DNA of 64,000 nt from positions 2,880,001 to 2,944,000 of the forward strand of contig OY760686.1 in NCBI GenBank assembly GCA_963663865.1. Direction: 5' to 3'. Under the pieces are notes generated by a model, which saw nothing but the letters and a program-made list of their open reading frames with translations, was not told the DNA's origin and made no database searches. A program made the position numbers and the translations under genes. How positions within the stretch are numbered: position 1 is the stretch's first letter; every line of letters begins with the position of its first letter. Of this stretch, positions 47,110 to 56,995 are shown piece after piece. Source of the stretch: Spirochaetota bacterium. GTDB taxonomy: Bacteria > Spirochaetota > UBA4802 > UBA5550.

Positions 47110-50100
47110 CTATTTTTCCTTTTTCTTCCGCGTCTTTGCCTGAGCCGGCTTTTCTTCGGGCCCGGGGATAGTTCCCTCTGCGGGAGCAAGCGCCCTGCTC
47201 TTATAAATTTCTCCGTTCAATTTAATGCCGATCTTTGAAAGCAGCCACGCGGCCCCCTTCTTTATGTCCTCGGCTATGTGATAGAAGCAAGGGATAAGTA
47301 CCAGCGTTATAAACGTCGCGAAAAGCAGTCCGTAAGCAAAAGCAAGCGCCAGAGGGAAGACCATGTAGTCCTTTCCGCCGAATCCTATTATTGTCGGAAC
47401 AAGCCCGAGTATGGTTGTACCGGCGGTAAGAATAATAGGCCTCAGCCTTACAACTCCTGCTTCGACTACAGCTGTCTTGATATCCATGCCCTCATCCCGG
47501 AAGCTGTTGATAAACATTACAAGCACCAGGGTGTTGCTGACAATGACGCCTGCAAGGCTGAACATTCCGAGTACGCTCATGAACGACAGTGGCTGTCCGT
47601 GCACCATAAGTCCGAAGACAACACCCACAAGAGCGAAAGGAATTGCAATCATAACGACAATCGGTATAAAAACAGACCTGAAATAAAGGATCAGGGTAAA
47701 CAGTATTACAAGGAGCGCACCCTGGAAAAGCAGTCCGAGCTCGGACATCGACTCGTTTGTGTCCTCCTGCTCTCCGCCGTAGGCTATCTTGTAATCGGGA
47801 TATCTCTTTCCGATGTCGTGAAACTTCTTCTCGAGCAGCTTTGTGACGTCAACAGCGGTAATGACTGACGGATCGACTTCGGCCTGGACCTGAACCAGCC
47901 TGGCAAAGTTCAGCCTGTTTATCTGGGAATAGCTTTTTTTGACGGTGACATCGCTGACTGAATTAAGCCCGATCAGTCCCCCCTTGGAATTGGCAATTTT
48001 TACTTCACTGAGGCTTCTCATTCTTTCGCGGGCGGACTCTTCGAAACGTACCCTTACGCCTACTTCCTCCTCATCTTCACTGACCTTTGTTGCAACTGTT
48101 CCTGAGAATGAAGCATTCAGGGCCTGCGCAATATCAAAAGCAGAAACATCAGTAAGAGCTGCCATTCTCTCATTTACGGAATAGTGATATTCCGTCTTCC
48201 CGTCCTCAAGGTCTATTGTGAGGTCAAATATACCTTTGACGGTTTTAAGATAGTCCATGTACTCCTTCGCTATCTTTTTTATAACCTCGAAGTCCTTTCC
48301 GCGAATCTCAACGTTAACCGGCTTACCAACTGGAGGGCCTCCAAACTCGGCTTCAATTCTGGCGGTAACGTCTTTCGATAGAGTTCCTGACTCCCTGGCT
48401 TCCTTAACCCTCTGCCTCATGATTGAAGCGATCTCGGAAGCTGTCCGCGTCCTGTCCTTCTCGGGACAGAGTCCGAGATAGAAGGTGCTCTTGAATGTTC
48501 CCTTTCCAGGCTTTGGGTCAATAATACCTGAGGCCTCCTCGCCCACGATTGTCTGGAGATACTCAAATTCGTCCTTTGAGGGAATCGACATTGTTATCCG
48601 TTCGAGCTTCTTCATCTCGGTCAGGTTTGTCTCAAGGTTTGTTTCAAAGGGAAGATTGACCCTCATGGTAATCTTCTCCTCGCCGCCCTCGGTCATAAAC
48701 TGAAATCCAAGAACGTTGGCAATCAGTGAAAGAGAAGTAATAAGAAGTAGAAACATTATTGAAACCGTGATATACCTGTGCTTCAGGGAAACCTGCAGCA
48801 GCTTTTTATAGGCACGCTGAACCCTTCCGAAGAAACCGGTTTCAAAGTTATCATCCTCCTGAAGAAGCTCTTTTTTGTTATTGAGCTTGCGCCTGAAAAG
48901 AAAACATATCACCCTCTCGGTGATACTCTGCCCCGGGCATTCTCCGGCTGAACGGCTTGGCTTTCCGAGCATCGAATACAGATAAGTCGGGAGGACAAAG
49001 AAAGCGACGAACCAGGAGGCAATAAGCGATGTTATAAGGACCATCGGAATAGACTTGATAAACTTTCCCATCATGCCGCTGACAAGCAGCAAAGGCATGA
49101 ACGCCGCGATAAGACAGATAAGCGTTACCGTTACTGAGCCAAACATCTCGCTGACGCCCTTCATGACAGCGCTGTGCCTGTCGTGTCCGTGTTCAAGGTA
49201 TCTGTGACTGTTCTCTGTTACAACGATACTGAAGTCGACTATCATTCCAAGCACCATTATCATTCCGAACATACTCAGAATATTGAAGGTCATGCCGTAA
49301 CCCTGCATGACTATAAATTCGCTCATGAATATAATCGGCATGGCGAGCATGACGACACCGGCCATCCTCTTTCCCAGGAAAAAGAGTATAAAGATTCCAA
49401 GAATGAAGAATCCGAGAATCGCGCTGTCAATAACCGTTGAAAGCCTTGTCCGTGTTATTTCGCTCGTGTCCTTAAAATGCTGAATCTCGACATCCTCAAA
49501 GCCCTTAACCGAGTACGTTTCGACAGCCTTTTTGACACGGTCGGCAAGCTCAATCTCATCAGCCTCTCTTTTCTTGAGAAGAGTCAGAACGACCGCTTCC
49601 CTGCCGTTAAACCTGTGATATACGTCAGCCTCTTCATACGTGTCGGTGACCTTTGCTACATCTCCGACTCTGAGGACATATCCAGTGTCGTTTCCCCTTA
49701 TTACCGTGTTGCGTATCTCATCAGCGTTTTTGAACTGCCCCTTTGTTCTGAGAACAAACTCCTTCTTCCCTATCCGGAGCGGTCCTCCAGGGAAGTCGAC
49801 ATTTCTCGTCTGGAGAGTGTTGGCCAGAGTGTTCAGGCCTATCCTGTTCCTTTCGAGCGCTTCAGGCGAGACCTCGACCAGGTATTCTCTGTCGTAGTAG
49901 CCATTCTTCTGAACCTCGGCAACCCCGTCAATATCATAGAAAAAATCCTCGGATATCTTGGCGTACTCCCTTAGCTTCGAGTAGGGAACCTGCTTTCCTT
50001 CCTTCCCTATGAAGGCAAGGGATATCAGCTCTGTGTTATCAAAGTTAATCTCTTCCACAAGCGGAGCTTCGGCACCGGAGGGTAGATTGTCTACAAGCTC

Positions 50101-50442
50101 GACAGCGTCCTTGATGTCCTGAACCGTCTTGGGCTTGTTTTTGGCCTTATCCTCAATAAAAACTACAACTACCGACACGTTCTCAACATTGTAAGAACGG
50201 ACCTTATCGAGATCGCTGACCCCCCTGAGTTTCTTCTCGATGGGGATGGATATGAGCTCTTCAGCCTCCTGAGGTGAAGCGCCCGGATAAACCGTTGTAA
50301 TGCTGACCATGTCAAACTTGACCTCCGGAACAGCTTCACGGTTTAGATTGGTTACACTGTAATAGCCCGCGATAAATATCGATACGACGAGAAGGTTCGC
50401 GAGCAGCTTCTGATCAATTAGAAAATTTATTAGTTTTTTCAT
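47110..50442 (-). CDS. RND efflux transporter permease (AcrB/AcrD/AcrF family)
   Basis: YPGASPQEAE, GMIVDFSIVVTEN, RLRPIILTAGTT; 1110 aa. Confidence 0.93.
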   Translation of the reverse strand: MKKLINFLIDQKLLANLLVVSIFIAGYYSVTNLNREAVPEVKFDMVSITTVYPGASPQEAEELISIPIEKKLRGVSDLDKVRSYNVENVSVVVVFIEDKAKNKPKTVQDIKDAVELVDNLPSGAEAPLVEEINFDNTELISLAFIGKEGKQVPYSKLREYAKISEDFFYDIDGVAEVQKNGYYDREYLVEVSPEALERNRIGLNTLANTLQTRNVDFPGGPLRIGKKEFVLRTKGQFKNADEIRNTVIRGNDTGYVLRVGDVAKVTDTYEEADVYHRFNGREAVVLTLLKKREADEIELADRVKKAVETYSVKGFEDVEIQHFKDTSEITRTRLSTVIDSAILGFFILGIFILFFLGKRMAGVVMLAMPIIFMSEFIVMQGYGMTFNILSMFGMIMVLGMIVDFSIVVTENSHRYLEHGHDRHSAVMKGVSEMFGSVTVTLICLIAAFMPLLLVSGMMGKFIKSIPMVLITSLIASWFVAFFVLPTYLYSMLGKPSRSAGECPGQSITERVICFLFRRKLNNKKELLQEDDNFETGFFGRVQRAYKKLLQVSLKHRYITVSIMFLLLITSLSLIANVLGFQFMTEGGEEKITMRVNLPFETNLETNLTEMKKLERITMSIPSKDEFEYLQTIVGEEASGIIDPKPGKGTFKSTFYLGLCPEKDRTRTASEIASIMRQRVKEARESGTLSKDVTARIEAEFGGPPVGKPVNVEIRGKDFEVIKKIAKEYMDYLKTVKGIFDLTIDLEDGKTEYHYSVNERMAALTDVSAFDIAQALNASFSGTVATKVSEDEEEVGVRVRFEESARERMRSLSEVKIANSKGGLIGLNSVSDVTVKKSYSQINRLNFARLVQVQAEVDPSVITAVDVTKLLEKKFHDIGKRYPDYKIAYGGEQEDTNESMSELGLLFQGALLVILFTLILYFRSVFIPIVVMIAIPFALVGVVFGLMVHGQPLSFMSVLGMFSLAGVIVSNTLVLVMFINSFRDEGMDIKTAVVEAGVVRLRPIILTAGTTILGLVPTIIGFGGKDYMVFPLALAFAYGLLFATFITLVLIPCFYHIAEDIKKGAAWLLSKIGIKLNGEIYKSRALAPAEGTIPGPEEKPAQAKTRKKKEK

Positions 50443-50500
50443 TCCTTTTTCCCCGGGGCCTTATTGGACTGTGCCGCCCCGTAATAGAGAGTTTGCTTCA

Positions 50501-52066
50501 TCAGCCTTTGGGAATATAGTCTTCGACATTAATTCCGTACCTTTCCCAGAGCTCATTTTTAGCCACAGTCAACTGCAGCACCGATATATTATAATAAACA
50601 AGGGCCTCAATCTCCTGCTGACGGCCGCTGACCATCGCGTCAAGACCATTCTTTACTGTAGCCGAGTCGAGACGTCCCCTTCTGAGGTTTCTGAGCATCT
50701 TGTAATAGAAAAGCTCAGCCTGAGCTCGCGCCTCGCTCGCCTTCCTGTATATCTCATAAGCCGACTTCATTGCCTCAATCTTGTTTACCACGTCGTCTTT
50801 TACTGTGCGCTTGATCTTGCTCAGGTTGATTTCAGCCTGTTTGAGCTGGAAAGCGGCGTTTCTCTCGTCAGCCTTCTGCGACCTGTCGCCTATCGGATAG
50901 CTCAATGTCACCCTTCCCTCAAGACTGGGATAGTCGGCCCCGTATGACTGTCCGTAGGCTGAAGCCATCTCCTCATCCTGGCCCACCGTTGAGACGTTTA
51001 ACTCGGCGGTCAGTGAAGGCAGCCCTGAGCTCTCTGCCATATCAAGCTGCATCTTCGCGTTCTCAAGCGACAGCAGAGCGCCTTTATAGTCAGCCCTCTT
51101 CGCGTAGGCTGTTTTTATTGCCTCTTCCGGCTGTGCCTCGCTGTAAACATTGGAAAGAATTACCTTCCCGCTGAGATCAACACCTTCGTCGAGATTTATT
51201 GTTGTGAGAAAGTTTCTGGCCGCTTCAGAGTAGGCCTGCTTCGCTGAAATTACACTCGCCTCAGCCCCCGCGACAAGCAGGTTGTAGTAGTTAAGCTGAA
51301 AGCTGTCATCAAGCCCCAGGTTGACGTTTCTTCTAATTATGTTCCGGACATTCCTCGTCTCCGCGAGCTGAAGCTCAGAGTTCTCAAGGTTTGTCTTGTT
51401 CGTGACTACGGTCCAGTAGTCTACAATCACTCCGACAACGACAAGAGACAGGGACTGCAATACCTGCTCCTTCTGGATTTTAGCCGTGTTCTTCGCGATC
51501 TGACTTTCCCGCCTCTCGCTATAACCGAACCCGTTCTTCAGAAGCTCCTGTCTGACGCTCGCGAATAAAACCGGCATGTGATATTTAGGATCGCCCAGAG
51601 TGAATCCCGTTCCAAGGTCGACCATCTTTCTGTCAGTGTAAGAATTGTTAATCCCGGCGCTGACGCTCGTTCCAGAACTGAAGCTTTTCTGAAGAGCCAA
51701 GTTGGCGTCTATTGTTTTTGACTCGCTCCCATACAGAATTGCTGAACCAGGAGTATTTTGCTGGTACTTATATCCAGCGTCCGCGTTCAGAGTGAGCGCG
51801 TATTTCTTTTGCAGCTTTTCGTACTGCGTGTCTGTCATGGCCACGTCATAGCTTCCAGACAGAATATCGTGGTTGTTCTCAACAGCCTGTTTGATTGCGT
51901 CGCCCAGACTGATCTTCACGCCGCCGATTACCACCGCCGGTTCTTCGGCGTATTCAACAGTCATCTTAGCCGGTGCTTCCTGGCCGGTCAGCATTGCCGC
52001 CGGCAGACAGATAAGCAGCGCAGCAAATATAAAACCCCTGGCCGTCTTCAAATCAGCTTTTTTCAT
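50501..52066 (-). CDS. TolC family outer-membrane efflux protein
   Basis: ISLGDAIKQAVENNHDI, two OEP-like helical repeats, LPSLTAE; directly upstream of the RND gene. Confidence 0.85.
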   Translation of the reverse strand: MKKADLKTARGFIFAALLICLPAAMLTGQEAPAKMTVEYAEEPAVVIGGVKISLGDAIKQAVENNHDILSGSYDVAMTDTQYEKLQKKYALTLNADAGYKYQQNTPGSAILYGSESKTIDANLALQKSFSSGTSVSAGINNSYTDRKMVDLGTGFTLGDPKYHMPVLFASVRQELLKNGFGYSERRESQIAKNTAKIQKEQVLQSLSLVVVGVIVDYWTVVTNKTNLENSELQLAETRNVRNIIRRNVNLGLDDSFQLNYYNLLVAGAEASVISAKQAYSEAARNFLTTINLDEGVDLSGKVILSNVYSEAQPEEAIKTAYAKRADYKGALLSLENAKMQLDMAESSGLPSLTAELNVSTVGQDEEMASAYGQSYGADYPSLEGRVTLSYPIGDRSQKADERNAAFQLKQAEINLSKIKRTVKDDVVNKIEAMKSAYEIYRKASEARAQAELFYYKMLRNLRRGRLDSATVKNGLDAMVSGRQQEIEALVYYNISVLQLTVAKNELWERYGINVEDYIPKG

Positions 52067-52183
52067 TTTAACCTTCTCAGATTTAAGAATCTATAATTTT
52101 CAAATTTAAATTATCAACCGGCGGTCAGTTAGCTGACTCTGCCGATTCGTGTGAATACCCTCATAAGCATAACACATTGATCT

Positions 52184-52945
52184 CTATTCACCGATTATTT
52201 TAATCAGCTTTTCTACAATTGAAGAGGACAATCCCCTGTTTTTAGCAATATCTACAATTCCATCTATGTAACTCAGAACAGGCTCGGGGACCTCCGGAAT
52301 TTTATAGGTTTCACCGTCCGGACAGACCATCTTGAACGTATATTCCATTATGTAGTCCAAAAAGAGAGGCATGTCGAGTTCAGCCGGAGACAGGCTGTAC
52401 AGAGTGGGCTTGCACATTCTTCTCTGCTTTTCAATTCTGAAAGAGATCGTCTGGGTTCCTATTCCCATCAGTACGAGGGGGATATAGCGGGAGCTGAATG
52501 CCCCCTCCTCAATTCCCCGCTCAATAACCTTTTTCAGGACACTTTCCCTCGGCCCGAATATCTCATTGCGGATGGTCTGCATAAACTCTCCACCCTCGGC
52601 CATCTCCCAGAGAACAATATCGTTCATTTCATCGTCAACGCATTTCAGCGTAATCATTGTCATTATATAGACGATCAGATAGAGCTTCTGTGAGCTGGAC
52701 AGGCTCTCCGAGCCGAAATAGACTGGAAGGTCGATGTCTGTTCCCTTCTCTCCGCCTCCCATGGCAGTGCTGAGTACGGCTTTGTAAAGCCCCTCTTTGC
52801 TTTTGAAGTAGTAATGTATAAGGGCTTTGTTTACACCCGCGCTTTCAGCAATAACAGCCATTCTCGCGCCCTGGTAGCCCCTTGCAGCGAATTCTGTCTT
52901 CGCCGCTTTCATTATTATGTCCTTCGCTTCATGATCACCTATCAC
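52184..52945 (-). CDS. TetR/AcrR family transcriptional regulator
   Basis: IMKAAKTEFAARGYQGARMAVIAESAGVNKALIHYYFKSKEGLY. Confidence 0.92.
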   Translation of the reverse strand: MIGDHEAKDIIMKAAKTEFAARGYQGARMAVIAESAGVNKALIHYYFKSKEGLYKAVLSTAMGGGEKGTDIDLPVYFGSESLSSSQKLYLIVYIMTMITLKCVDDEMNDIVLWEMAEGGEFMQTIRNEIFGPRESVLKKVIERGIEEGAFSSRYIPLVLMGIGTQTISFRIEKQRRMCKPTLYSLSPAELDMPLFLDYIMEYTFKMVCPDGETYKIPEVPEPVLSYIDGIVDIAKNRGLSSSIVEKLIKIIGE

Positions 52946-52965
52946 AAATCACACCGCCCAATTAT

Positions 52966-53007
52966 TATCCGTATGGTTAATATATTTAATGTTTCGGTTA
53001 GCGTCAA
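52966..53007 (-). promoter_or_regulatory. tetR promoter with two tandem TAACC-type operator boxes
   Basis: Minus strand TTGACG-17-TATATT overlapping TAACCGAAACATTA and TAACCATACGGATA, 21 bp apart. Confidence 0.6.
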
Positions 53008-53013
53008 GGAATA

Positions 53014-53820
53014 TCACCAGTTTCCTTTATAAAAATCGGTTTCAACCATGCTTTCAATCGGTATGCCCATGTACACCTCGGCGCATACCTCGTTGCTGAC
53101 GGCCTTTCTTCCCGAGCTGCTGTATATATTATCACCGGTTTCAAAAGATGTCCGGGAATAATAGAGGTTAAACCCGAGATTTACCGAGCAAACTGACAAA
53201 GCCGCACCAATACCTGCGTCAATCCTCAGTCCTGAGAGATCTGCCTCGTATGCGCCTGAGAAGACGCCATCGTTCCTCATCGCCGGATATGCCGTCAGCG
53301 AACCATTGAATATCCTGCCGGCAAGAACATAGGCAGTGAATCCGCCGCCTGCGGTAAGATTGCCTCTGAAGCCGGCGAAGTCAAAGCTGGGAGCGTAATA
53401 TATCACCGGTCCGACCATCCAGTCGTAGTATGACATGAGCTGATCGCCGTGATCTTCCTTGGAGCCACCGGCTGCGGTGTATATCATCTCCTGGTCAACG
53501 CTGTGATACTTGACTCCAGCCCTTATTCCAAGCTTAAACGCGTGCGAATCGGTACCGAGAATAAACGGCTTGATAAACATCAGATCAACGTTAAAAGCCA
53601 GTCCAGTGTGTTTATGAGTAGGGCTTTTTACAGCCCCGTCTTCCTGCTCAACCTCATATAGACTCTCTTCTTCGCTGATGAAAGTCCCCTGAGGGGCAAA
53701 ACTGAACAGGTATCCCATATTTATATGCATTATGGAATTCAAAAACTCCCTTGCCCGGGAGATTTCTGGTGAGGCTGCAGTAAAAAGCAGAATGGTCAAT
53801 ATTATACTGGTTTTTTTCAT
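53014..53820 (-). CDS. secreted putative outer-membrane beta-barrel protein
   Basis: Signal peptide; amphipathic beta-strands (FKLGIRAGVKY, IDAGIGAAL, LGFNLYYS). Confidence 0.65.
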   Translation of the reverse strand: MKKTSIILTILLFTAASPEISRAREFLNSIMHINMGYLFSFAPQGTFISEEESLYEVEQEDGAVKSPTHKHTGLAFNVDLMFIKPFILGTDSHAFKLGIRAGVKYHSVDQEMIYTAAGGSKEDHGDQLMSYYDWMVGPVIYYAPSFDFAGFRGNLTAGGGFTAYVLAGRIFNGSLTAYPAMRNDGVFSGAYEADLSGLRIDAGIGAALSVCSVNLGFNLYYSRTSFETGDNIYSSSGRKAVSNEVCAEVYMGIPIESMVETDFYKGNW

Positions 53821-53887
53821 GCTATCCTTATCTTAGTATTTAACACCTTCAATTGCGAAATGCATCACTCATTAATAAATAATCATT

Positions 53888-53929
53888 TAACTATGTGGTT
53901 AGATATGTTAATGCCACGGTTAGTGTCAA
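53888..53929 (-). promoter_or_regulatory. promoter with two tandem TAACC-type operator boxes (same architecture as the tetR promoter)
   Basis: Minus strand TTGACA followed by TAACCGTGGCATTA and TAACCACATAGTTA, 21 bp apart. Confidence 0.6.
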
Positions 53930-53955
53930 GCATTAACACAAAAAAATTTAAACCC

Positions 53956-54597
53956 TTACAGCTTTTCAATAATATCGAGAAATGCCGTTACTGGCTGAGC
54001 ACCCGTAAGCTCACCTGTTTCATTTATAATAATTTTGGGGACCCCTGTGACAGAGTACCTGTTCGCCAGATGCGGAAAAGTTGAGCTTTCAATCATATCC
54101 GCCCGAACATAGCTGCTTTCAAGAGCAAGCCTGTGGGCCGCAATGACAGCTCCCGGACAATAGGGGCAGCCGAGAGTGACAAAAACCTGTATGTGAATCT
54201 CACTGGCGATTGCCGATATCCTCGATATAACATCAGGCGGAAGAGCTTCCTTTGTTCCCGAAACCTCGAGAAGGCTTGCCAGAAATGAATTTATCTCATA
54301 GCCGCCCGGCACACCGTAAAACCTTATACCGGTGTCATTTTTCCTGCTGTCAAGAAGCGCGATTGCCGGAATTTTATCAATCTTCAGGGCCTTCACCGTA
54401 TCAGAGTCAGCCTCGAAATCGAAGATTTGCATTTTCAGTTTATCTGAAAACGAAGTGATTTCTTCAACAAAGGCCCTGTTGTCAGAACAGTCTCTGCATT
54501 CAAAATTCTGTGTAAAAACAGCGATATTGACCTCACCTGCAAGCCCTTCCAACACCTTCCTTAGCTGTTCAGCTGTTTTTTCGTCAAATAGTGACAT
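53956..54597 (-). CDS. two-thioredoxin-fold protein disulfide oxidoreductase (PDO / AhpF N-domain-like)
   Basis: CRDC and CPYC redox motifs; GIRFYGVPGGYEINS; SVTGVP. Confidence 0.88.
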   Translation of the reverse strand: MSLFDEKTAEQLRKVLEGLAGEVNIAVFTQNFECRDCSDNRAFVEEITSFSDKLKMQIFDFEADSDTVKALKIDKIPAIALLDSRKNDTGIRFYGVPGGYEINSFLASLLEVSGTKEALPPDVISRISAIASEIHIQVFVTLGCPYCPGAVIAAHRLALESSYVRADMIESSTFPHLANRYSVTGVPKIIINETGELTGAQPVTAFLDIIEKL

Positions 54598-54609
54598 ATT
54601 AAACCCCCT

Positions 54610-55596
54610 TCAAATCCATTCAGTTTTTAGCAGATAATCGCAGGCTGATAGAGCGGCCTTAGCTCCCTCGCCCGCGGCAATGATAATCTGTTTATATGGC
54701 ACCTCGGAAAGGTCGCCGGCCGCGAAGAGTCCCGGAACACTCGTCCTGCAGCTGCTGTCTACTTTAACCTCCCCCAGTCTGTTCATATCAACAATTCCCT
54801 TTAAAAACTCGGTATTTGGTAGTAATCCGATCTCGACAAAAACACCCTCCACGCTGATTTCCCGGACACTCTTATCGGCGGCAGAAATTACGGAGACCGA
54901 CGAAACTGATTCATCACCGTTTATTGAGACAACCTCGGAGTTTAATAGAACCTCAACATTGCTGAATGATTCCATGGCACCCACAAGAACAGCATCAGCC
55001 GTAAGTCTGTCCATTATCTGAACTACTGTAACCTTCTCAGCAACGCGGGCAAGATCAATCGCCGCCTCTACAGCGCTGTTTCCTCCGCCGACCACAACGA
55101 CCTTTTTGCCGGCAAAAAAAGGCGCGTCACATGTAGCGCAATACGCCACCCCCTTACCGGCAAATTCCGCCTCGCCTGGGACGCCGAGCTTTCTTGATCT
55201 TTTGCCCGTTGCGGCTATAACAGCCTTCGCCCTGACAGATGTGCCATTTGAAAGCAGCGCCTCATGGGGTGTGCCGGGCTTAAGGGATTCGACCCACAGC
55301 CTGTCACCGAAGGATATGCTGAACTCAAGCACCTGTTCCCTGAATCTCGACACGAGCTCCATCCCGCTGATATATCTGAACCCGAGATAGTTTTCAACAC
55401 CCACTGTCTCGGCAACCTGCCCCCCCAGATCACCTCCTATCAGCGCGGTTTTGACACCTTTTCTCATAGCGTAAACAGCCGCGGTCAAGCCGGCCGGCCC
55501 CCCTCCGATAATGAGTATATCGTATACGATGTCAGAGGCAATGGGCATGAATTTTTCATCGGAAAGAAAGGCAGCGGTGTTGATGTTGAACTCCAT
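54610..55596 (-). CDS. trxB: thioredoxin reductase-like FAD oxidoreductase
   Basis: IGGGPAG, CATC, GGGNSA, FAAGD; ATG at 55596 after GGAGG. Confidence 0.85.
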   Translation of the reverse strand: MEFNINTAAFLSDEKFMPIASDIVYDILIIGGGPAGLTAAVYAMRKGVKTALIGGDLGGQVAETVGVENYLGFRYISGMELVSRFREQVLEFSISFGDRLWVESLKPGTPHEALLSNGTSVRAKAVIAATGKRSRKLGVPGEAEFAGKGVAYCATCDAPFFAGKKVVVVGGGNSAVEAAIDLARVAEKVTVVQIMDRLTADAVLVGAMESFSNVEVLLNSEVVSINGDESVSSVSVISAADKSVREISVEGVFVEIGLLPNTEFLKGIVDMNRLGEVKVDSSCRTSVPGLFAAGDLSEVPYKQIIIAAGEGAKAALSACDYLLKTEWI

Positions 55597-55643
55597 ATAG
55601 CGAACCTCCGTAAAAAGGGCAGCCCCCTTAACGGGGGCCCGTT

Positions 55644-56378
55644 TCAACTCATTTTATTTTTAAGTGCGTCAAGCTCATCGGCCATCATCTGCTGGACCAT
55701 ATTGGCGGTTTTAATCAGCGGCTGGTCAGCAAAGCTGCTGTATGGAAGCTCAGGCAGAACGCTGACTGCCATCCTGTGAAAGGCTTTCATCTTCAGGGTG
55801 TTTTTTCCCATTACGGTCCCAGTACCGTATATAACGACAGGAAGAATAGGCTTGCCTCCGTCTTTCGCAAGGCTGAAGGCTCCGGTTCTGAACGATTTAA
55901 GGTTTCCGTCCTCGGAGCGGGTTCCCTCAGGAAAAATCAGAACTGAACTCCCCTCCTGAAGAGTCTGAGCGCAGTCCTCCATCATCTTAGCCATGCTCTT
56001 TATTGTGCCCCGGACAATTCCAATGTAGCGGTTCAGGTACATTATCCAGCCGAGCAGAGGCACCTTAAATATTTCCGCCTTGGAAACAAACTTGAAGTGA
56101 TGGTGGAGCCTGCAGAGTACGAGGATATCCAGAAGCGACTGATGGTTACATACAATGACTCTCGCGTCCTTTCCCCTGAGATTTTCTTTCCCGTAAACCT
56201 TAACACGCCAGCCGGGGATGGCAGCTGTATGCAAGGAGCCCCACATGCATGTCACCCACTGAAGCGCCCTCAGACGCCTGTCGAAAGGCCGCGTTACCGC
56301 CCAGACAAGGAGCGCTATCGGGAAAAAAATAAAAGAGCTTGTTATCATAATCGTCAGCAGTAAAACCGTTGTAATCAT
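55644..56378 (-). CDS. plsC: 1-acyl-sn-glycerol-3-phosphate acyltransferase
   Basis: NHQSLLD, FVSKAE, FPEGTRS, ILPVVI. Confidence 0.88.
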   Translation of the reverse strand: MITTVLLLTIMITSSFIFFPIALLVWAVTRPFDRRLRALQWVTCMWGSLHTAAIPGWRVKVYGKENLRGKDARVIVCNHQSLLDILVLCRLHHHFKFVSKAEIFKVPLLGWIMYLNRYIGIVRGTIKSMAKMMEDCAQTLQEGSSVLIFPEGTRSEDGNLKSFRTGAFSLAKDGGKPILPVVIYGTGTVMGKNTLKMKAFHRMAVSVLPELPYSSFADQPLIKTANMVQQMMADELDALKNKMS

Positions 56379-56646
56379 TGCACCACCACACAGAATAATA
56401 TACTCGGGAATGCCGCCCCAATAACCCTTTCTGACGGGAGGCGATTAACCCAACGGCTCAGACAGAAATGCTTCACTCAAAAATATGCAGAGTAAGCATT
56501 CGAAACCAGCCTGCAGCCGGCGTCATGATCTCATAAAATAATAAATATTGGAAATCTTTTTTTTGTATAGGGTTTAAATGATGCTGGAAAAAATGAATTA
56601 TGGTTTACTCGGCGAGAGGAGAGGGCCGACAGGATGTCTTTTCGGG

Positions 56647-56994
56647 TTATTCAGCCGGCTCAACCTCCTTAAGATAGGGGATTCTTCTTGATATCGCGCC
56701 GTCAGCCGTCTCAAGCTTATATACTCCTTTTACTGCTCTGATCTTCATCTTCTTTCCTGCTGATTCAAGAAGATCGGGGGTAAGCCTGTCGGCAATCTGA
56801 TAAACAGTACCGTCCGCATCTCTGAAGTAGAGGCTCTGAAAGGGCTCGTTTCCCTTAACAGTTATTACACCCTCCAGAACTGCCGTTTCAGCCGCAGAAT
56901 TTTCAGCGCCCCTCCTGCAGCTGCATCCAGCTAAAAGGAGAAGCGCGATGGAAAGCACGATTAGAGCACCCTTTAACCTTGAAGGCGCTTTCAT
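56647..56994 (-). CDS. small hypothetical lipoprotein
   Basis: ATG 1 nt after the upstream stop; lipobox LAGC; EGVITVKGNEPF. Confidence 0.65.
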   Translation of the reverse strand: MKAPSRLKGALIVLSIALLLLAGCSCRRGAENSAAETAVLEGVITVKGNEPFQSLYFRDADGTVYQIADRLTPDLLESAGKKMKIRAVKGVYKLETADGAISRRIPYLKEVEPAE

Positions 56995-56995
56995 G

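Noticed and set aside
53956-55647. Selenocysteine or stop read-through in the redox genes
   Set aside because: All CxxC motifs are encoded by ordinary Cys codons and the ORFs are full length
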